Origin: a virus
Reading direction: 5' to 3' (one strand)
Length of the DNA: 64,000 bases
IMG/VR virus record: IMGVR_UViG_3300013102_000030
Coordinates: 96,001-160,000 of that record
Shown: piece after piece, positions 37,709-47,145 of the stretch
Layout of the letters: every line of letters starts with the position of its first letter
Position numbering within the stretch: position 1 is the stretch's first letter
Made by a program: the position numbers and the translations under genes
The notes under the pieces: model-generated
What the model saw: only the letters and a program-made list of their open reading frames with translations
What the model was told of the DNA's origin: nothing
Databases searched by the model: none

Positions 37709-37966
37709 ATGACAACCCAGAACTACGATGTGCTCCGTGACCAGATCAAGAGCACCATCAGCAACATCGAACACAACACCGTCACCCGTGAGGACCGCGT
37801 CTTCATCACTCATCTGCTGGAAGAGGTCCAGTCCCATCTTGACACCGTGGAGAATCCCGGATACTTCGGATTCGCCCTGATTGGTCAGGCGTTTCAAGAT
37901 GTGGTAGGCTCAACGCAGGAACTCATCAACGACGGTCTGATACAGGAAGAGAAGACCTCCGAATGA
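37709..37966 (+). CDS. Hypothetical protein
   Basis: AAGGA RBS. Confidence 0.75.
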   Translation: MTTQNYDVLRDQIKSTISNIEHNTVTREDRVFITHLLEEVQSHLDTVENPGYFGFALIGQAFQDVVGSTQELINDGLIQEEKTSE

Positions 37967-38241
37967 TGATTCAACCCATGCTCCCGGCACTTCCACCAGC
38001 CATGAGCCACATCCCGGCCCGATCTCCTGAGTGGAAGAGCCACGAGAACATCGGCCATGCCAAGAACGCTGTCTCCCAGAAGGTACCACTGACCTCTTGG
38101 GGAAGCCGGAGGGCAGGCGCACTGTGTGACATGCACATCTTCGTCTTGGAAGATGGGCAGTATGTTCCCAAGTGGGTAATCCCTCAGGGAATGCAGTTCG
38201 CTGATCTTCCATGGAAGAACGAAAAGAAGCAACGCCCTTGA
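37963..38241 (+). CDS. Hypothetical protein
   Basis: ATGA overlap. Confidence 0.7.
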   Translation: MMIQPMLPALPPAMSHIPARSPEWKSHENIGHAKNAVSQKVPLTSWGSRRAGALCDMHIFVLEDGQYVPKWVIPQGMQFADLPWKNEKKQRP

Positions 38242-38266
38242 CTTTCCAGTCGTGGTCCTGTAAAAT
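38238..38266 (+). promoter_or_regulatory. Promoter of the putative sRNA
   Basis: TTGACT-N17-TAAAAT. Confidence 0.75.
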
Positions 38267-38271
38267 GGATC

Positions 38272-38383
38272 ATGTTGGTAGCCAGTAAATCCCCTCCTAG
38301 TTTACTGGCGAACGATCCGGTTTGGTACCCGGATCGGGGAAGTCCCGCAGTTGTAGCCTTTGCTCCTGCGGGACTTCTTTTTT
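38272..38383 (+). ncRNA. Putative three-hairpin sRNA with anti-SD loop
   Basis: Stems 38281-38309, 38313-38336 and 38339-38377 followed by T6. Confidence 0.65.
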
Positions 38384-38424
38384 GACCAAAATCTCTAACA
38401 GAAACAACAAGTAAAGGATCTATC

Positions 38425-38675
38425 ATTTCCACTGCAACCATCTCCGCTCCTGCTGCCACTGCCGATCAGGAAGTGCTGCACACCACGTCTGTAAGCTGGT
38501 AGCCAACACCAGCAACTGGCGCAAAGTCGCCAAGGATCTCATCGGTGATGAGCCTGTGACGTACGCTGAGCGGTCCAAGAAGGACACCCTGAGGAAGTTC
38601 CCCATCATCAACATCTCCTCCTCCGACAAGGAAGCTCTGGATCGCGTGTTGACAAAGGCAGCAGAGGTCGAATAG
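38425..38675 (+). pseudogene. Small gene with ATT/ATC start and an apparent -1 frameshift near 38481
   Basis: AAAGGA RBS; frame A ISTATISAP...VLH stops at 38502; frame B (HVCKL...AEVE*) has no canonical start near its 5' end. Confidence 0.45.
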
Positions 38676-38678
38676 AGT

Positions 38679-38870
38679 ATGACTAAAGGAATGATCTGGA
38701 CCGCGCTAATCACAGCGTTGGTCCTTCTGACCGGAGTCCTCATCGGACATGCACACCATGCTCAGAATGAGCAGGTCAAGAACTTCAACATGGAATGTAT
38801 TCAGGCTGGCGGAACCATGGAAGTCCACAAGGACATCGAAAAAGTCTTCTGCCAGAAGAACAAGAACTAG
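38679..38870 (+). CDS. Small membrane-anchored protein
   Basis: N-terminal TM; C...GG...C. Confidence 0.7.
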   Translation: MTKGMIWTALITALVLLTGVLIGHAHHAQNEQVKNFNMECIQAGGTMEVHKDIEKVFCQKNKN

Positions 38871-38880
38871 AAAGGACAAA

Positions 38881-39315
38881 ATGGGATACAAGAAAGACGT
38901 TGCAAAGGGCATCGGTGGAGGCACCCTTGTTCTGATCGTGGTCCTCGTGATCGGCGGTCTCATCTCGGGAGGCATCTGGCTCTTCGGAGTAGCAACCTCC
39001 GGCATCAAGGGTCAGGGTGACGCTGTCAAGATCAACAACAGCGCTGAGAACTGGACGAAGAACCAAGCGTACTTCCACAAGCAGTTCGAAGCTGTCAAGG
39101 CAGCGGACCAGAAGATCGGAACCTACAAGACCGTTCTGGACACCGACCCCAAGGACAAGACCGCGCTGACCAACTACACCAGCATGGTCAACCAGTGCAA
39201 GAACTACGTCGCTGAGTACAACGCCAAGTCGGCAGATGTACTGGCCCGTTACTGGAAAGATCCGGAACTGCCGACCACCATCAACGAACTCAACCCCGCC
39301 ACCGACTGCAAGTAA
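38881..39315 (+). CDS. Membrane-anchored protein
   Basis: AAAGGA RBS, TM helix, V..YNA.S motif. Confidence 0.8.
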   Translation: MGYKKDVAKGIGGGTLVLIVVLVIGGLISGGIWLFGVATSGIKGQGDAVKINNSAENWTKNQAYFHKQFEAVKAADQKIGTYKTVLDTDPKDKTALTNYTSMVNQCKNYVAEYNAKSADVLARYWKDPELPTTINELNPATDCK

Positions 39316-39326
39316 AGGACAAACAC

Positions 39327-39806
39327 ATGAAGAGCATTACCAAGAAAATCTCTGCCGTTGCTGTAGCCGGTCTGCTGGTCTTCAGCGCCACGGCCTGTTC
39401 CCCCAAGAGTGCGGAACTGAAGGAACGTGAAGCACTCCAGAACCAGTCCGCCAAGAAGGACTCGCTGGAACTGAAGAACCTCGCCGCCAAGCGGGATCTG
39501 GAGAACAACCCGGAGACGCTTCGCTACGTCTACATCATGAACTTTGGTCAGATCGTCGGCTACTACACGGCCAAGGGCAAGATCTCCTCGTCGGCTTCCC
39601 AGATCGCCCCTGAGCAGGATCTGATCAAGATCTGTGAGAACTGCTCCGACCGCCTCATCATGGACTCTGCCAAGGATGACGGCTCCTACGGTGACGGTGA
39701 TCCCGGAATCTTCTTCTTCACCCCGGATGGTACGATGATCGAGACCAGCCTTGATTACATCGTCTCCACCAACCCCGTCGCCATCGACGTAAAGCGTCTG
39801 GGCTAA
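39327..39806 (+). CDS. Lipoprotein
   Basis: Lipobox ATAC; DDGSYG..DPGIFFFT. Confidence 0.8.
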   Translation: MKSITKKISAVAVAGLLVFSATACSPKSAELKEREALQNQSAKKDSLELKNLAAKRDLENNPETLRYVYIMNFGQIVGYYTAKGKISSSASQIAPEQDLIKICENCSDRLIMDSAKDDGSYGDGDPGIFFFTPDGTMIETSLDYIVSTNPVAIDVKRLG

Positions 39807-39810
39807 AACA

Positions 39811-39845
39811 AAAGACCCCTTCTCTTAGGAGAGGGGGTCTTTCGT
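39811..39845. terminator. Bidirectional terminator
   Basis: AAAGACCCCT...AGGGGGTCTTT between convergent genes. Confidence 0.75.
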
Positions 39846-41285
39846 TTATCGTCTGTAGAAGTTCTTTGTTCGGATCGAGCCGGAGATCCTGCTTCGTCCT
39901 GATCCCATCGTCTGGGGAAGCTTCCTGCTGGCTGCTGAAGAGGCCGCATAGCGTCCTGCCCTCAGTCCGGGAGGAGGAGTAATGACCGCTGCGGTCACGC
40001 CCCACACCATGGCATCCAGTCTGTCAGGGCTGTAGCGGCTGCTCTCCGGGTCCCAGAACAGGCACTGGTCTTCCAGTTCAGGCATGATGCCATTGAAGCG
40101 CACACGGCCCTGCTGCATGGCAATGACGACCGGTTCTGCACGAGTCTGCTTACCACGGGTAGCGACAACAGGGAACGTGATCAGTCCGTCATCAACAGCG
40201 TTGATCGCCATCTGGATCAGTGCGCCGCCTTGGTTTTTCTCATAGACTACGAACTTTGTGTTCCACTTCTTGGCTGCATTCACAACAACCTTGGACCAAA
40301 CGTCCGGTCCAGCCTTGATTGAGAAATCTTCTAGGACATATACCTTGCGTTGTGTGAGATCGCGTTCTTGGGTACAACCCATGACCATGATCCCACATTC
40401 GTCTTTTGGGTTTTCTGCCACTGAAGGGTCCACCGCCACAAACCTCAGGGGAAGGTACGGGGGCCTTCCGGATTTGTCGATGGCCTTGTCCAGCATCTCC
40501 TGTGTGAAGACGACACCCTCAGCATCCTCAAGCATCATTCCGTCAAGCTCCTGCTTAGCCAGATCGGAGTTACCGTACTGGCCCACAAGGTTGTCGATGT
40601 AGTTCTTGGAGAGGGAGGTATTGTCAAACGTGGAACCTGTGATAATCTTGATTCGACGTGAGGGATCTTTAGCGTTCTCCATCAGGTCGCGCATAACCGC
40701 AGTCCTCTTAGGAGTCGTTGCCAGCAGAAGCTGGGGGTTCTCTCCCAGACGGGTAGCAGCAACAAGGTTGGAGAACAGGGTAGCACCGGAAGCGTCAACG
40801 TTCGTCTTCCACGCCGCGAACTCGTCACCCACACCATAGTGGAACTGGGGACCACGAGCGGAGTCAGGAGACTCAGAGGACAGCAGGAGGGCCTGTGATC
40901 CGTTGGGCCAGTGCAGTGTCTGGACGTGCTGCTTGTACTCTGGACGTTCGTCTGGGTGGTGTACAGCCAGTACTCCGGACTCACCAAGGATCATTGTGTT
41001 ACGTACGTCAGCGACGGTACGTGCAGCAATGGCGATACGGCATCCGGGATTCTCCAGAGCCTTGCGCCTGATCCACTGGGAGGCTGTCAGAGTCTTGCCG
41101 AAACCACGGCCAGCGACTAGGGCTGTGATGAACCAGTCACCATCGGGAACCTGTTGCTCCGGCCTCAGCCAGAACTTTGCGTCATACTGGAGATTTTCAA
41201 AATCCTTCTCCGTATAACCCTTGAAGATCTCAGCGCGTTCTGCATCAGACAGCGCTGCAATCTCCTCAGCTAGGGATTTTGCCAT
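39846..41285 (-). CDS. terL: Terminase large subunit
   Basis: AGRGFGKT, GESG, RGPQ..DE, TTPK, VDP, E.NQGG, K..RAEP, SPDR.DA. Confidence 0.93.
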   Translation of the reverse strand: MAKSLAEEIAALSDAERAEIFKGYTEKDFENLQYDAKFWLRPEQQVPDGDWFITALVAGRGFGKTLTASQWIRRKALENPGCRIAIAARTVADVRNTMILGESGVLAVHHPDERPEYKQHVQTLHWPNGSQALLLSSESPDSARGPQFHYGVGDEFAAWKTNVDASGATLFSNLVAATRLGENPQLLLATTPKRTAVMRDLMENAKDPSRRIKIITGSTFDNTSLSKNYIDNLVGQYGNSDLAKQELDGMMLEDAEGVVFTQEMLDKAIDKSGRPPYLPLRFVAVDPSVAENPKDECGIMVMGCTQERDLTQRKVYVLEDFSIKAGPDVWSKVVVNAAKKWNTKFVVYEKNQGGALIQMAINAVDDGLITFPVVATRGKQTRAEPVVIAMQQGRVRFNGIMPELEDQCLFWDPESSRYSPDRLDAMVWGVTAAVITPPPGLRAGRYAASSAASRKLPQTMGSGRSRISGSIRTKNFYRR

Positions 41286-41553
41286 TGTGTGCTCTTTCGG
41301 GTAGTGTGGACTCTGTTGCCGCCCATGGATTGACGATTAGAACCGTTGATCCGTCACCCGCTTTCGCTCTCGTGGCCTCAATCTGATCGCGTAGATCGAC
41401 TGGGACATGATCCGGTGTTGACTCATGTACCGTGAAGTGGTACTCTGAGTCTGGAAAGTAGGTGTCGCGTACAGCTTCAGCGATCTCGATCACACGAGTG
41501 GTGTCTGTCAGTACGAAAACGGCACTATTGAAGGAAGTCATAGAGTTAGTCAT
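41266..41553 (-). CDS. Hypothetical protein upstream of terL (leaderless)
   Basis: TGG-TAAAAT-6nt-ATG. Confidence 0.65.
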   Translation of the reverse strand: MTNSMTSFNSAVFVLTDTTRVIEIAEAVRDTYFPDSEYHFTVHESTPDHVPVDLRDQIEATRAKAGDGSTVLIVNPWAATESTLPERAHNGKIPS

Positions 41554-41591
41554 TACTCTATTTTACCATATTCAACCTAAAAGGAGTTCGA

Positions 41592-42062
41592 TTGAAAAAC
41601 GTCACGCCCGTCCTGAACCGTCTTGAGTACATCGTGGAGAAGGAAAACGTGTACAGGAATCCGGGAGACGCAGCGGTTCGTGCCGTCAAGGAGATCGATG
41701 AGAAGTTCATCGTGATTGCACGCAACACCCTTCCCATCGTTGAGAAGACGAAGGACCCGTCCGTCTGGGGATGCGGACAGGACATTCATCGTGTCGGTGG
41801 TGTCACCGATCAGAACTCCGATCCCGACTTCCACCGCAAGCGTGCAAAGGAGCACCTTGCCATGGCCGTCCATCTCATCCAGAAGAAAGAAGAGAAGGCT
41901 GAGAAGCTGACTGCACAGCGAAAGAAGATCTGGCTGGAACTCTTCCCGAGCGCAGTGGCTACAGATTCCTTCTCCTATGAAGGACAGCCCACTCACGTCA
42001 AGCTCGCCATCGATAAGATCGTCTCTCTGGAGAATACGATTTCGACTTCCGCCCACTTCTAG
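41592..42062 (+). CDS. Hypothetical protein
   Basis: AAGGAG RBS, TTG start. Confidence 0.75.
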   Translation: MKNVTPVLNRLEYIVEKENVYRNPGDAAVRAVKEIDEKFIVIARNTLPIVEKTKDPSVWGCGQDIHRVGGVTDQNSDPDFHRKRAKEHLAMAVHLIQKKEEKAEKLTAQRKKIWLELFPSAVATDSFSYEGQPTHVKLAIDKIVSLENTISTSAHF

Positions 42063-42092
42063 GCTAAGCTAGATACCAACAGCAAGGACCAA

Positions 42093-42317
42093 TTGAAAAA
42101 GGAGAGCATGCAGATCATCACCAAGGGCGAAGCACTGGAAGCCCTGAATAATGTACGTCGGGATGAGCGGGAACAGTTCTCCATCAATGGTAATCCGCAC
42201 CAACTTGGTCCGGTTACCATCTATTGTGTGACGGTGTGGTCCGAAGACAACGTGGACTTCCCGGAAGTAATGTTCGTTCGTGAAAAAGGAAAGGTCAAGG
42301 TACATGGCACAGCATAA
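42093..42317 (+). CDS. Hypothetical protein
   Basis: RBS and ORF. Confidence 0.7.
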   Translation: MKKESMQIITKGEALEALNNVRRDEREQFSINGNPHQLGPVTIYCVTVWSEDNVDFPEVMFVREKGKVKVHGTA

Positions 42318-42379
42318 GGAAAGCGGTCTGGACGTTCTGGATCAGATGTTCGACGCACAGGAGTTCGGAGAGGCGGACT

Positions 42380-42697
42380 GTGGAGCGTAACTGGGACAAC
42401 ATCATCACGGACCCGGAGACGGGCCTGCCGGATCTTCCCAGCAATATGTTCTGGCGGGTGAAGGAGACTTCCGTTGGATACTTTGAGGTCCGCCTCATCG
42501 AGAAGCGAGAGGTCCGCTACTTTATCTTCTGGAAGAAGGTCAAGGAGTTACCGTCTACCCACTACGGTGTAGGCAAGGTACTGGACAAGGAGACTATACG
42601 TGCCCGTGCCGAGTTCGCTTACAGCGACTGGCGCTCGTGGGTTCGGTTGCAGCGTGCCAAGGATCTTCTGGGAGACTACCCGCCGAAGTCCCTCTAA
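42380..42697 (+). CDS. TGLP-LP...G.YPPK family paralog 1
   Basis: Terminal motifs shared with 46573 and 47142. Confidence 0.75.
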   Translation: MERNWDNIITDPETGLPDLPSNMFWRVKETSVGYFEVRLIEKREVRYFIFWKKVKELPSTHYGVGKVLDKETIRARAEFAYSDWRSWVRLQRAKDLLGDYPPKSL

Positions 42698-42750
42698 TAT
42701 ACCCCTTGCGGAATATGATACAATGGAAGCTCACCATTGATTGGAGAATC

Positions 42751-42903
42751 ATGAGTACCATTGCGTCTATTGCTGCACTTGTAATCGGAATCCTTCTCAT
42801 CCTATGGACCGTCCACATTGTCGTCACCGTTCTTGGGTGGGCACTTGTGGTCATCGGAGCGATCTATCTACTGAACAACTTGCTTGGTAAGAAAAGTCCC
42901 TGA
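42751..42903 (+). CDS. Small 2-TM membrane protein
   Basis: GGAG RBS; hydrophobic. Confidence 0.7.
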   Translation: MSTIASIAALVIGILLILWTVHIVVTVLGWALVVIGAIYLLNNLLGKKSP

Positions 42904-42924
42904 TCCATAGCATTGCGTGAGTAA

Positions 42925-42963
42925 CAGTGGCCTCATCCGAGCAATCGGGTGAGGTCACTGCTT
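42925..42963 (+). terminator. Long GNRA-capped hairpin
   Basis: CAGTGGCCTCATCCGA-GCAA-TCGGGTGAGGTCACTG. Confidence 0.65.
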
Positions 42964-43001
42964 TACCCAAAGAAAACATCAAAGACTAAAGAAAGAGTAC
43001 C

Positions 43002-43217
43002 TTGAAAATCACCCTCAGCAAATGGGTTATGAACGTGAACATCTTTACCACCATCGTTCTCGTCATCGTCCTGTTCTTCGCTGCACCCGTTGTCCTCCCT
43101 TCCGTGCCGGTGCTGGCAATCCTCATGTGGATCTTCGCGGGATGGTTCTCGATCTCCACACTTCTGCTGATCCTCAGCCAGTGGCTGATCGACTCGATCA
43201 AGGAAGACGCAAGGTAG
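43002..43217 (+). CDS. Small membrane protein
   Basis: Two hydrophobic segments. Confidence 0.7.
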   Translation: MKITLSKWVMNVNIFTTIVLVIVLFFAAPVVLPSVPVLAILMWIFAGWFSISTLLLILSQWLIDSIKEDAR

Positions 43218-43285
43218 ACACAAGAATCCCAATCGTGTAAGTTAGAAGCCTTGGTCTCAACGATACGAAAGGTCTACTGCCCTGA

Positions 43286-44002
43286 ATGATTGAATTTGTC
43301 ATCAACTTCCTGAAGAAACTGTTCGGGAAGGAAGAACCACCACCGGAGCCGGAAGCTCCACAAAAGTTCACTATCCCCCATCCTTGGCCCTTCAAGTCTG
43401 GCCCTCCCAAAGATGAAGACCCGCTCATCCGGGAGATGATCAGAGGAGTCCAAACCATCCGTGGACATGCGTTCTATGTCTACAGAGGCCAGACTCGCAG
43501 GCATCTGAGGAATGAGAAGGGCCGCGAGACACATATGGCCCGACACATCGTCTGGTGGATGGAAGGACGCAAGTTCCCAGACACCGCACGCGGCCTCACA
43601 ACGACCTGTGGGGAGCCGAAATGCATCAAGCTGGATCACCTTGCACTGGTCCCCAAAGGACCGGAACTGGGGCCTCAGAGGTCCAAGGAGATCCCCAAGG
43701 CCAACCACGTTGCAAAGCGCAAGCAGCCTCCGGCACCATCAGCACCAAAGAACAAGACACAGCAAGAGAAGCCACACCTTGAGAAAGGTGACCGCAGCAA
43801 GTGCCCCACATCCAAGGTCTACTTCAAGACGCAGGGTGAAGCACGCAGGCGAGCCACCATCCTCAACGCTCCAGAAATCAGGGGAAAGGGCCGAAGGGTC
43901 TATCCTTACGACACACCATGCCCCTACTGCTTTGGCTGGCATCTCACCAAGATCAAACCGGGAACCTACAAGCGGAACCCGATCAAGAACTCCTCCTACT
44001 GA
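43286..44002 (+). CDS. His-Me/HNH-like domain plus C-terminal Zn-finger (C..K..F...R.Y...C..C.GWHLT)
   Basis: TCG...C...HL and CPYCFGWHLT motifs. Confidence 0.65.
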   Translation: MIEFVINFLKKLFGKEEPPPEPEAPQKFTIPHPWPFKSGPPKDEDPLIREMIRGVQTIRGHAFYVYRGQTRRHLRNEKGRETHMARHIVWWMEGRKFPDTARGLTTTCGEPKCIKLDHLALVPKGPELGPQRSKEIPKANHVAKRKQPPAPSAPKNKTQQEKPHLEKGDRSKCPTSKVYFKTQGEARRRATILNAPEIRGKGRRVYPYDTPCPYCFGWHLTKIKPGTYKRNPIKNSSY

Positions 44003-44011
44003 AAGGTACAC

Positions 44012-44275
44012 ATGGCACAGCCCATTCCTGAATTTGTTATTGACCACCTTGGGAAGGAGGTTCGGCCCGGAGATTACGTCGTCTACGCGGTACGCTCGGG
44101 CAACACCGGAGCCATGGAACACGGAACCGTTGTCGGTTTTCAGTTCTCCAAGCCGAAGTACTGGGACACTCAGATCCTCAAGATCAAGATCCAAGGTCCG
44201 CACGCTGACCGTCGTCCGTCCCTCATCGAAGAGCAGCACAAACGTTTCGCAAAAGTAGAGCCTCCGAAGTTGTAA
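44012..44275 (+). CDS. SH3-like small protein
   Basis: D.LG.EV.PGD.VVY; GAAAGG RBS. Confidence 0.75.
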   Translation: MAQPIPEFVIDHLGKEVRPGDYVVYAVRSGNTGAMEHGTVVGFQFSKPKYWDTQILKIKIQGPHADRRPSLIEEQHKRFAKVEPPKL

Positions 44276-44349
44276 ATCTGGCAGGCATGCAGTACCATTG
44301 AAATAGCGCAAGACGCTCACAACGTAAAGAACAAATCGGAAGGAACAAA

Positions 44350-44667
44350 TTGTCCACTCTTGCAGAACCGAAAGCTCCTGAACATCTGACTGACGCGGAG
44401 CTTGACTTCTCGGTACTGGATGCACTCGATTACGCACCGCCGTGCGAGATCCCCACCCACGCCACCAACAGCATGTGCAGCAAGTCTGACGCTGAATGGA
44501 TCGTGGAAACCCACCACCTGTGCGCTCCGGCCACTCGCCTTGTCTGTGAAGGCTTCAAGGACTCCATGGTCCAGCACGGCAAGGATCTTGGCGGCAAATA
44601 CACTTGCCGTAAGTGCGAGGAAACCGTAGACTTTGAGGAATTCTTTGACGTGATCGGCAAGATCTGA
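44350..44667 (+). CDS. Cys-rich Zn-binding hypothetical protein
   Basis: PPCE...C...A.W...C...C...C..C; TTG start. Confidence 0.75.
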   Translation: MSTLAEPKAPEHLTDAELDFSVLDALDYAPPCEIPTHATNSMCSKSDAEWIVETHHLCAPATRLVCEGFKDSMVQHGKDLGGKYTCRKCEETVDFEEFFDVIGKI

Positions 44668-44957
44668 TGAGTGAATCAGATGTAATCGCACGTCTGGCTA
44701 GGGCCTGTGCCCGTGGAGAACGACAGCTAGCCTTTGTCAACGAACTGCTGGCTGATGAAGCCTACGTCAAGCTGGTACCGATCCCGGTATACTGGGGCGG
44801 AAGGCATCAGGCAGAAGGAACGTCCTACGGAAACTCCGGTATGGGCGGGGAAAGCTGGCGGTCCCTGAGGAAGCGCCTGATCTCCAACGGATTCATCATC
44901 AAGGGTGATCCATGGAAAGGCAAGTCACGGCAGATCCACATGAGGTTCAGTGTCTAG
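44667..44957 (+). CDS. Hypothetical protein
   Basis: TGATG coupling. Confidence 0.65.
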   Translation: MSESDVIARLARACARGERQLAFVNELLADEAYVKLVPIPVYWGGRHQAEGTSYGNSGMGGESWRSLRKRLISNGFIIKGDPWKGKSRQIHMRFSV

Positions 44958-45174
44958 GGAGCCAGTCACACGCAGTGGCTGGTGCCTGAAGTATCCTGTC
45001 ACCGAATGGAACCAAGCTGAGCATGACAAGTGTCCCATGCACTTTCCACAGAGGTCTTGCACCTGTGACTGTGGGCATAAGGGTGAACGTACTCTTGAGA
45101 GTAGGGGCATGACATATCAGCCCTTCATCCCGCCCAAGGCAGTCATAGCGAAAGAAGAAAGTGAAGAGTCGTAA
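44950..45174 (+). CDS. Small Cys/His protein
   Basis: C...H..C...C.C.C.H. Confidence 0.65.
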   Translation: MSREPVTRSGWCLKYPVTEWNQAEHDKCPMHFPQRSCTCDCGHKGERTLESRGMTYQPFIPPKAVIAKEESEES

Positions 45175-45532
45175 GACAAGGTCCCTGTCTCTGGGGATTG
45201 CTGGCCTGCTTGCCAGTGCCATGATCACCGGCTGTACCCCTAGCGGTGAAGTCATCGATGCTGACTACGCCAAAGCCTGTCAGGACAAGCGGACTGAGAT
45301 CCGAGTAGAAGACAACAACTGCTCTGAGAATGGCCGCTCCGGAGGCTACTACGGCTGGTACTTCTATCAGACCGGAGGAGGAACTGTTCCACCTGTTGGA
45401 AGCAAGATGACAGGAGGAAGCACCACTGCTCCTGCTGCTGGCAAGTCAGTTGCTCCGGCTCCTGTCAAAGGTGGAACTGTTGCCCGTGGTGGATTCGGAA
45501 CCAGTGCAAAAGGTGGCTCCATCGGGGGTTGA
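45161..45532 (+). CDS. Lipoprotein with RGGFG tail
   Basis: Lipobox ITGC; RV.D..C; RGGFG. Confidence 0.75.
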   Translation: MKSRKTRSLSLGIAGLLASAMITGCTPSGEVIDADYAKACQDKRTEIRVEDNNCSENGRSGGYYGWYFYQTGGGTVPPVGSKMTGGSTTAPAAGKSVAPAPVKGGTVARGGFGTSAKGGSIGG

Positions 45533-45557
45533 CATCCCGGCTCTCCTCAATTAGTCT
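45529..45557 (+). promoter_or_regulatory. Early promoter
   Basis: TTGACA-N17-TAGTCT. Confidence 0.8.
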
Positions 45558-45597
45558 AAGTGTATCGAAGTTACCAACGATTGAAGGAGGAGAAGTC

Positions 45598-46014
45598 ATG
45601 ACGGAATGGATGGACAGGGAACCCAAGGCCGAAGAGCCTGAGGAGATCAAGCGGGACAGGTGGGGAGGTATCGTCGGTGCCACCAATGAAGTTCCCGGCA
45701 TGGTCCGCTGGGTCTCTGGAGAGTCCCACTACTTCCTGAAGCACAACTCGCCCGGACGGCCCATCTTCGCTCTGGGGCTGGAGCACCGGATCGGAGACAT
45801 GGCCTACATCTTTGACACGTCCATTGAGTTCGATGACGACGAAGCTGTAGACCTGATCGACCGGATCGCCTCATTCCAAGACCTGCCCACGTACTCCGAA
45901 CTGATGGATGTCAGCAGCAAGCTCAACGCTCTGCTGTTGGAGACCGAACGCATGGACCGGCCCGAGGACCGCTACTTCCGGGACAAGCTCCGGGACATTC
46001 TGGGCAAGTCATGA
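45598..46014 (+). CDS. Hypothetical protein
   Basis: AAGGAGG RBS. Confidence 0.75.
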   Translation: MTEWMDREPKAEEPEEIKRDRWGGIVGATNEVPGMVRWVSGESHYFLKHNSPGRPIFALGLEHRIGDMAYIFDTSIEFDDDEAVDLIDRIASFQDLPTYSELMDVSSKLNALLLETERMDRPEDRYFRDKLRDILGKS

Positions 46015-46244
46015 AGCACGTCATTGCCATCAACGTCCTCCGGGATGAGATTGAGCAGACGCAGAAGGACATCCTGTACCTTCAGTCCTGTCTCGCCAAG
46101 TCCAAGATCAAGTCGGCCCTCATGCCCAACCGTGAGGCCACCATCCTCAGCGTCAGCTTGCGCTGGAAACGACAGATGAAAGAAAAAGTCAAGAAGGTGA
46201 AGGCCCTTGAAGAGGCAGTCGCCGCGCTGGAAAGGGATATTTGA
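46011..46244 (+). CDS. Hypothetical coiled-coil protein
   Basis: ATGA overlap. Confidence 0.7.
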   Translation: MKHVIAINVLRDEIEQTQKDILYLQSCLAKSKIKSALMPNREATILSVSLRWKRQMKEKVKKVKALEEAVAALERDI

Positions 46245-46558
46245 AAGACGCAATTCGCTTGCAGGGTCTCCGGTTCGTCGGCTTTGAAGAAGCCAGCGAG
46301 CCGGAACCTCGCATGTCCTACCCCATCAAGACACAACAGCAGTACGAGTTCCTGTTCCACAGTCTCAGCATGGGACGGAACTGGATGCAGATCTTCTTCC
46401 CTCCGCGTGAGGAACTGTTGACCCGACTCAACCGCAGACTCAAGGGGTTCAAACTGGATGAACCTCACAACTGGCGCGGCCTCCGTGAGGAAGATCTGAT
46501 TGACAAACAGCAAAAGTTCCCCTATAGTGGAACAAGTGCCCGAAACCATACCAAGTAA
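46241..46558 (+). CDS. Hypothetical protein
   Basis: TTGA overlap, GAAAGGG RBS. Confidence 0.65.
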   Translation: MKDAIRLQGLRFVGFEEASEPEPRMSYPIKTQQQYEFLFHSLSMGRNWMQIFFPPREELLTRLNRRLKGFKLDEPHNWRGLREEDLIDKQQKFPYSGTSARNHTK

Positions 46559-46572
46559 AGGATCAAACACTT

Positions 46573-47145
46573 TTGAAGATTGACGAAAAGACCGGCCTTG
46601 TCCAGCTTCCCGAAGACCTGTTCTGGAGGGTAGAGGAAGACAACCGCAAGGCCGATGTCTACGACAACCGCAGGGAACTCAAAGGACTGAAGCTAGCACT
46701 CGTCCGCAAGACCACCACGACCGTTCCGGGTGAAGAAATCACCACCACCGAACAGGTTGAACGGACGGGCTTCTGGAACCGCCTGTTCCACGGCCCGTAT
46801 GAGACCAAGACTGTCGTCACAAAGGGGGAGGACAAAGAGGAGCCGGATGAGGATGTCATCTACACCAAGTCCTCCTTTGAGACCTACTCCACTAAGGAAG
46901 ACTACAGCGATCACAAGGTCCGAGAAGGATTCTCCTACTGGCATCAGGACACATGGAGCAACCGTCTCTACTACATCAAGCAGTTGCCCACCAGCGCTGA
47001 AACCCTGACCAAGCTCTCTGAAGAGATCTTCAGCCTGTGGATCGACCGTGAGCATGGACGTGCCCTTGCCGAAGATGCAGCACGTTACCGTGACTCCTTC
47101 GTCGGTGACTACCCGCCCAAGTCTCTTGTAGGTGCCTCCGCTTGA
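46573..47145 (+). CDS. TGLP-LP...G.YPPK family paralog 2
   Basis: TGLVQLPEDLFWRV...GDYPPKSL. Confidence 0.8.
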   Translation: MKIDEKTGLVQLPEDLFWRVEEDNRKADVYDNRRELKGLKLALVRKTTTTVPGEEITTTEQVERTGFWNRLFHGPYETKTVVTKGEDKEEPDEDVIYTKSSFETYSTKEDYSDHKVREGFSYWHQDTWSNRLYYIKQLPTSAETLTKLSEEIFSLWIDREHGRALAEDAARYRDSFVGDYPPKSLVGASA

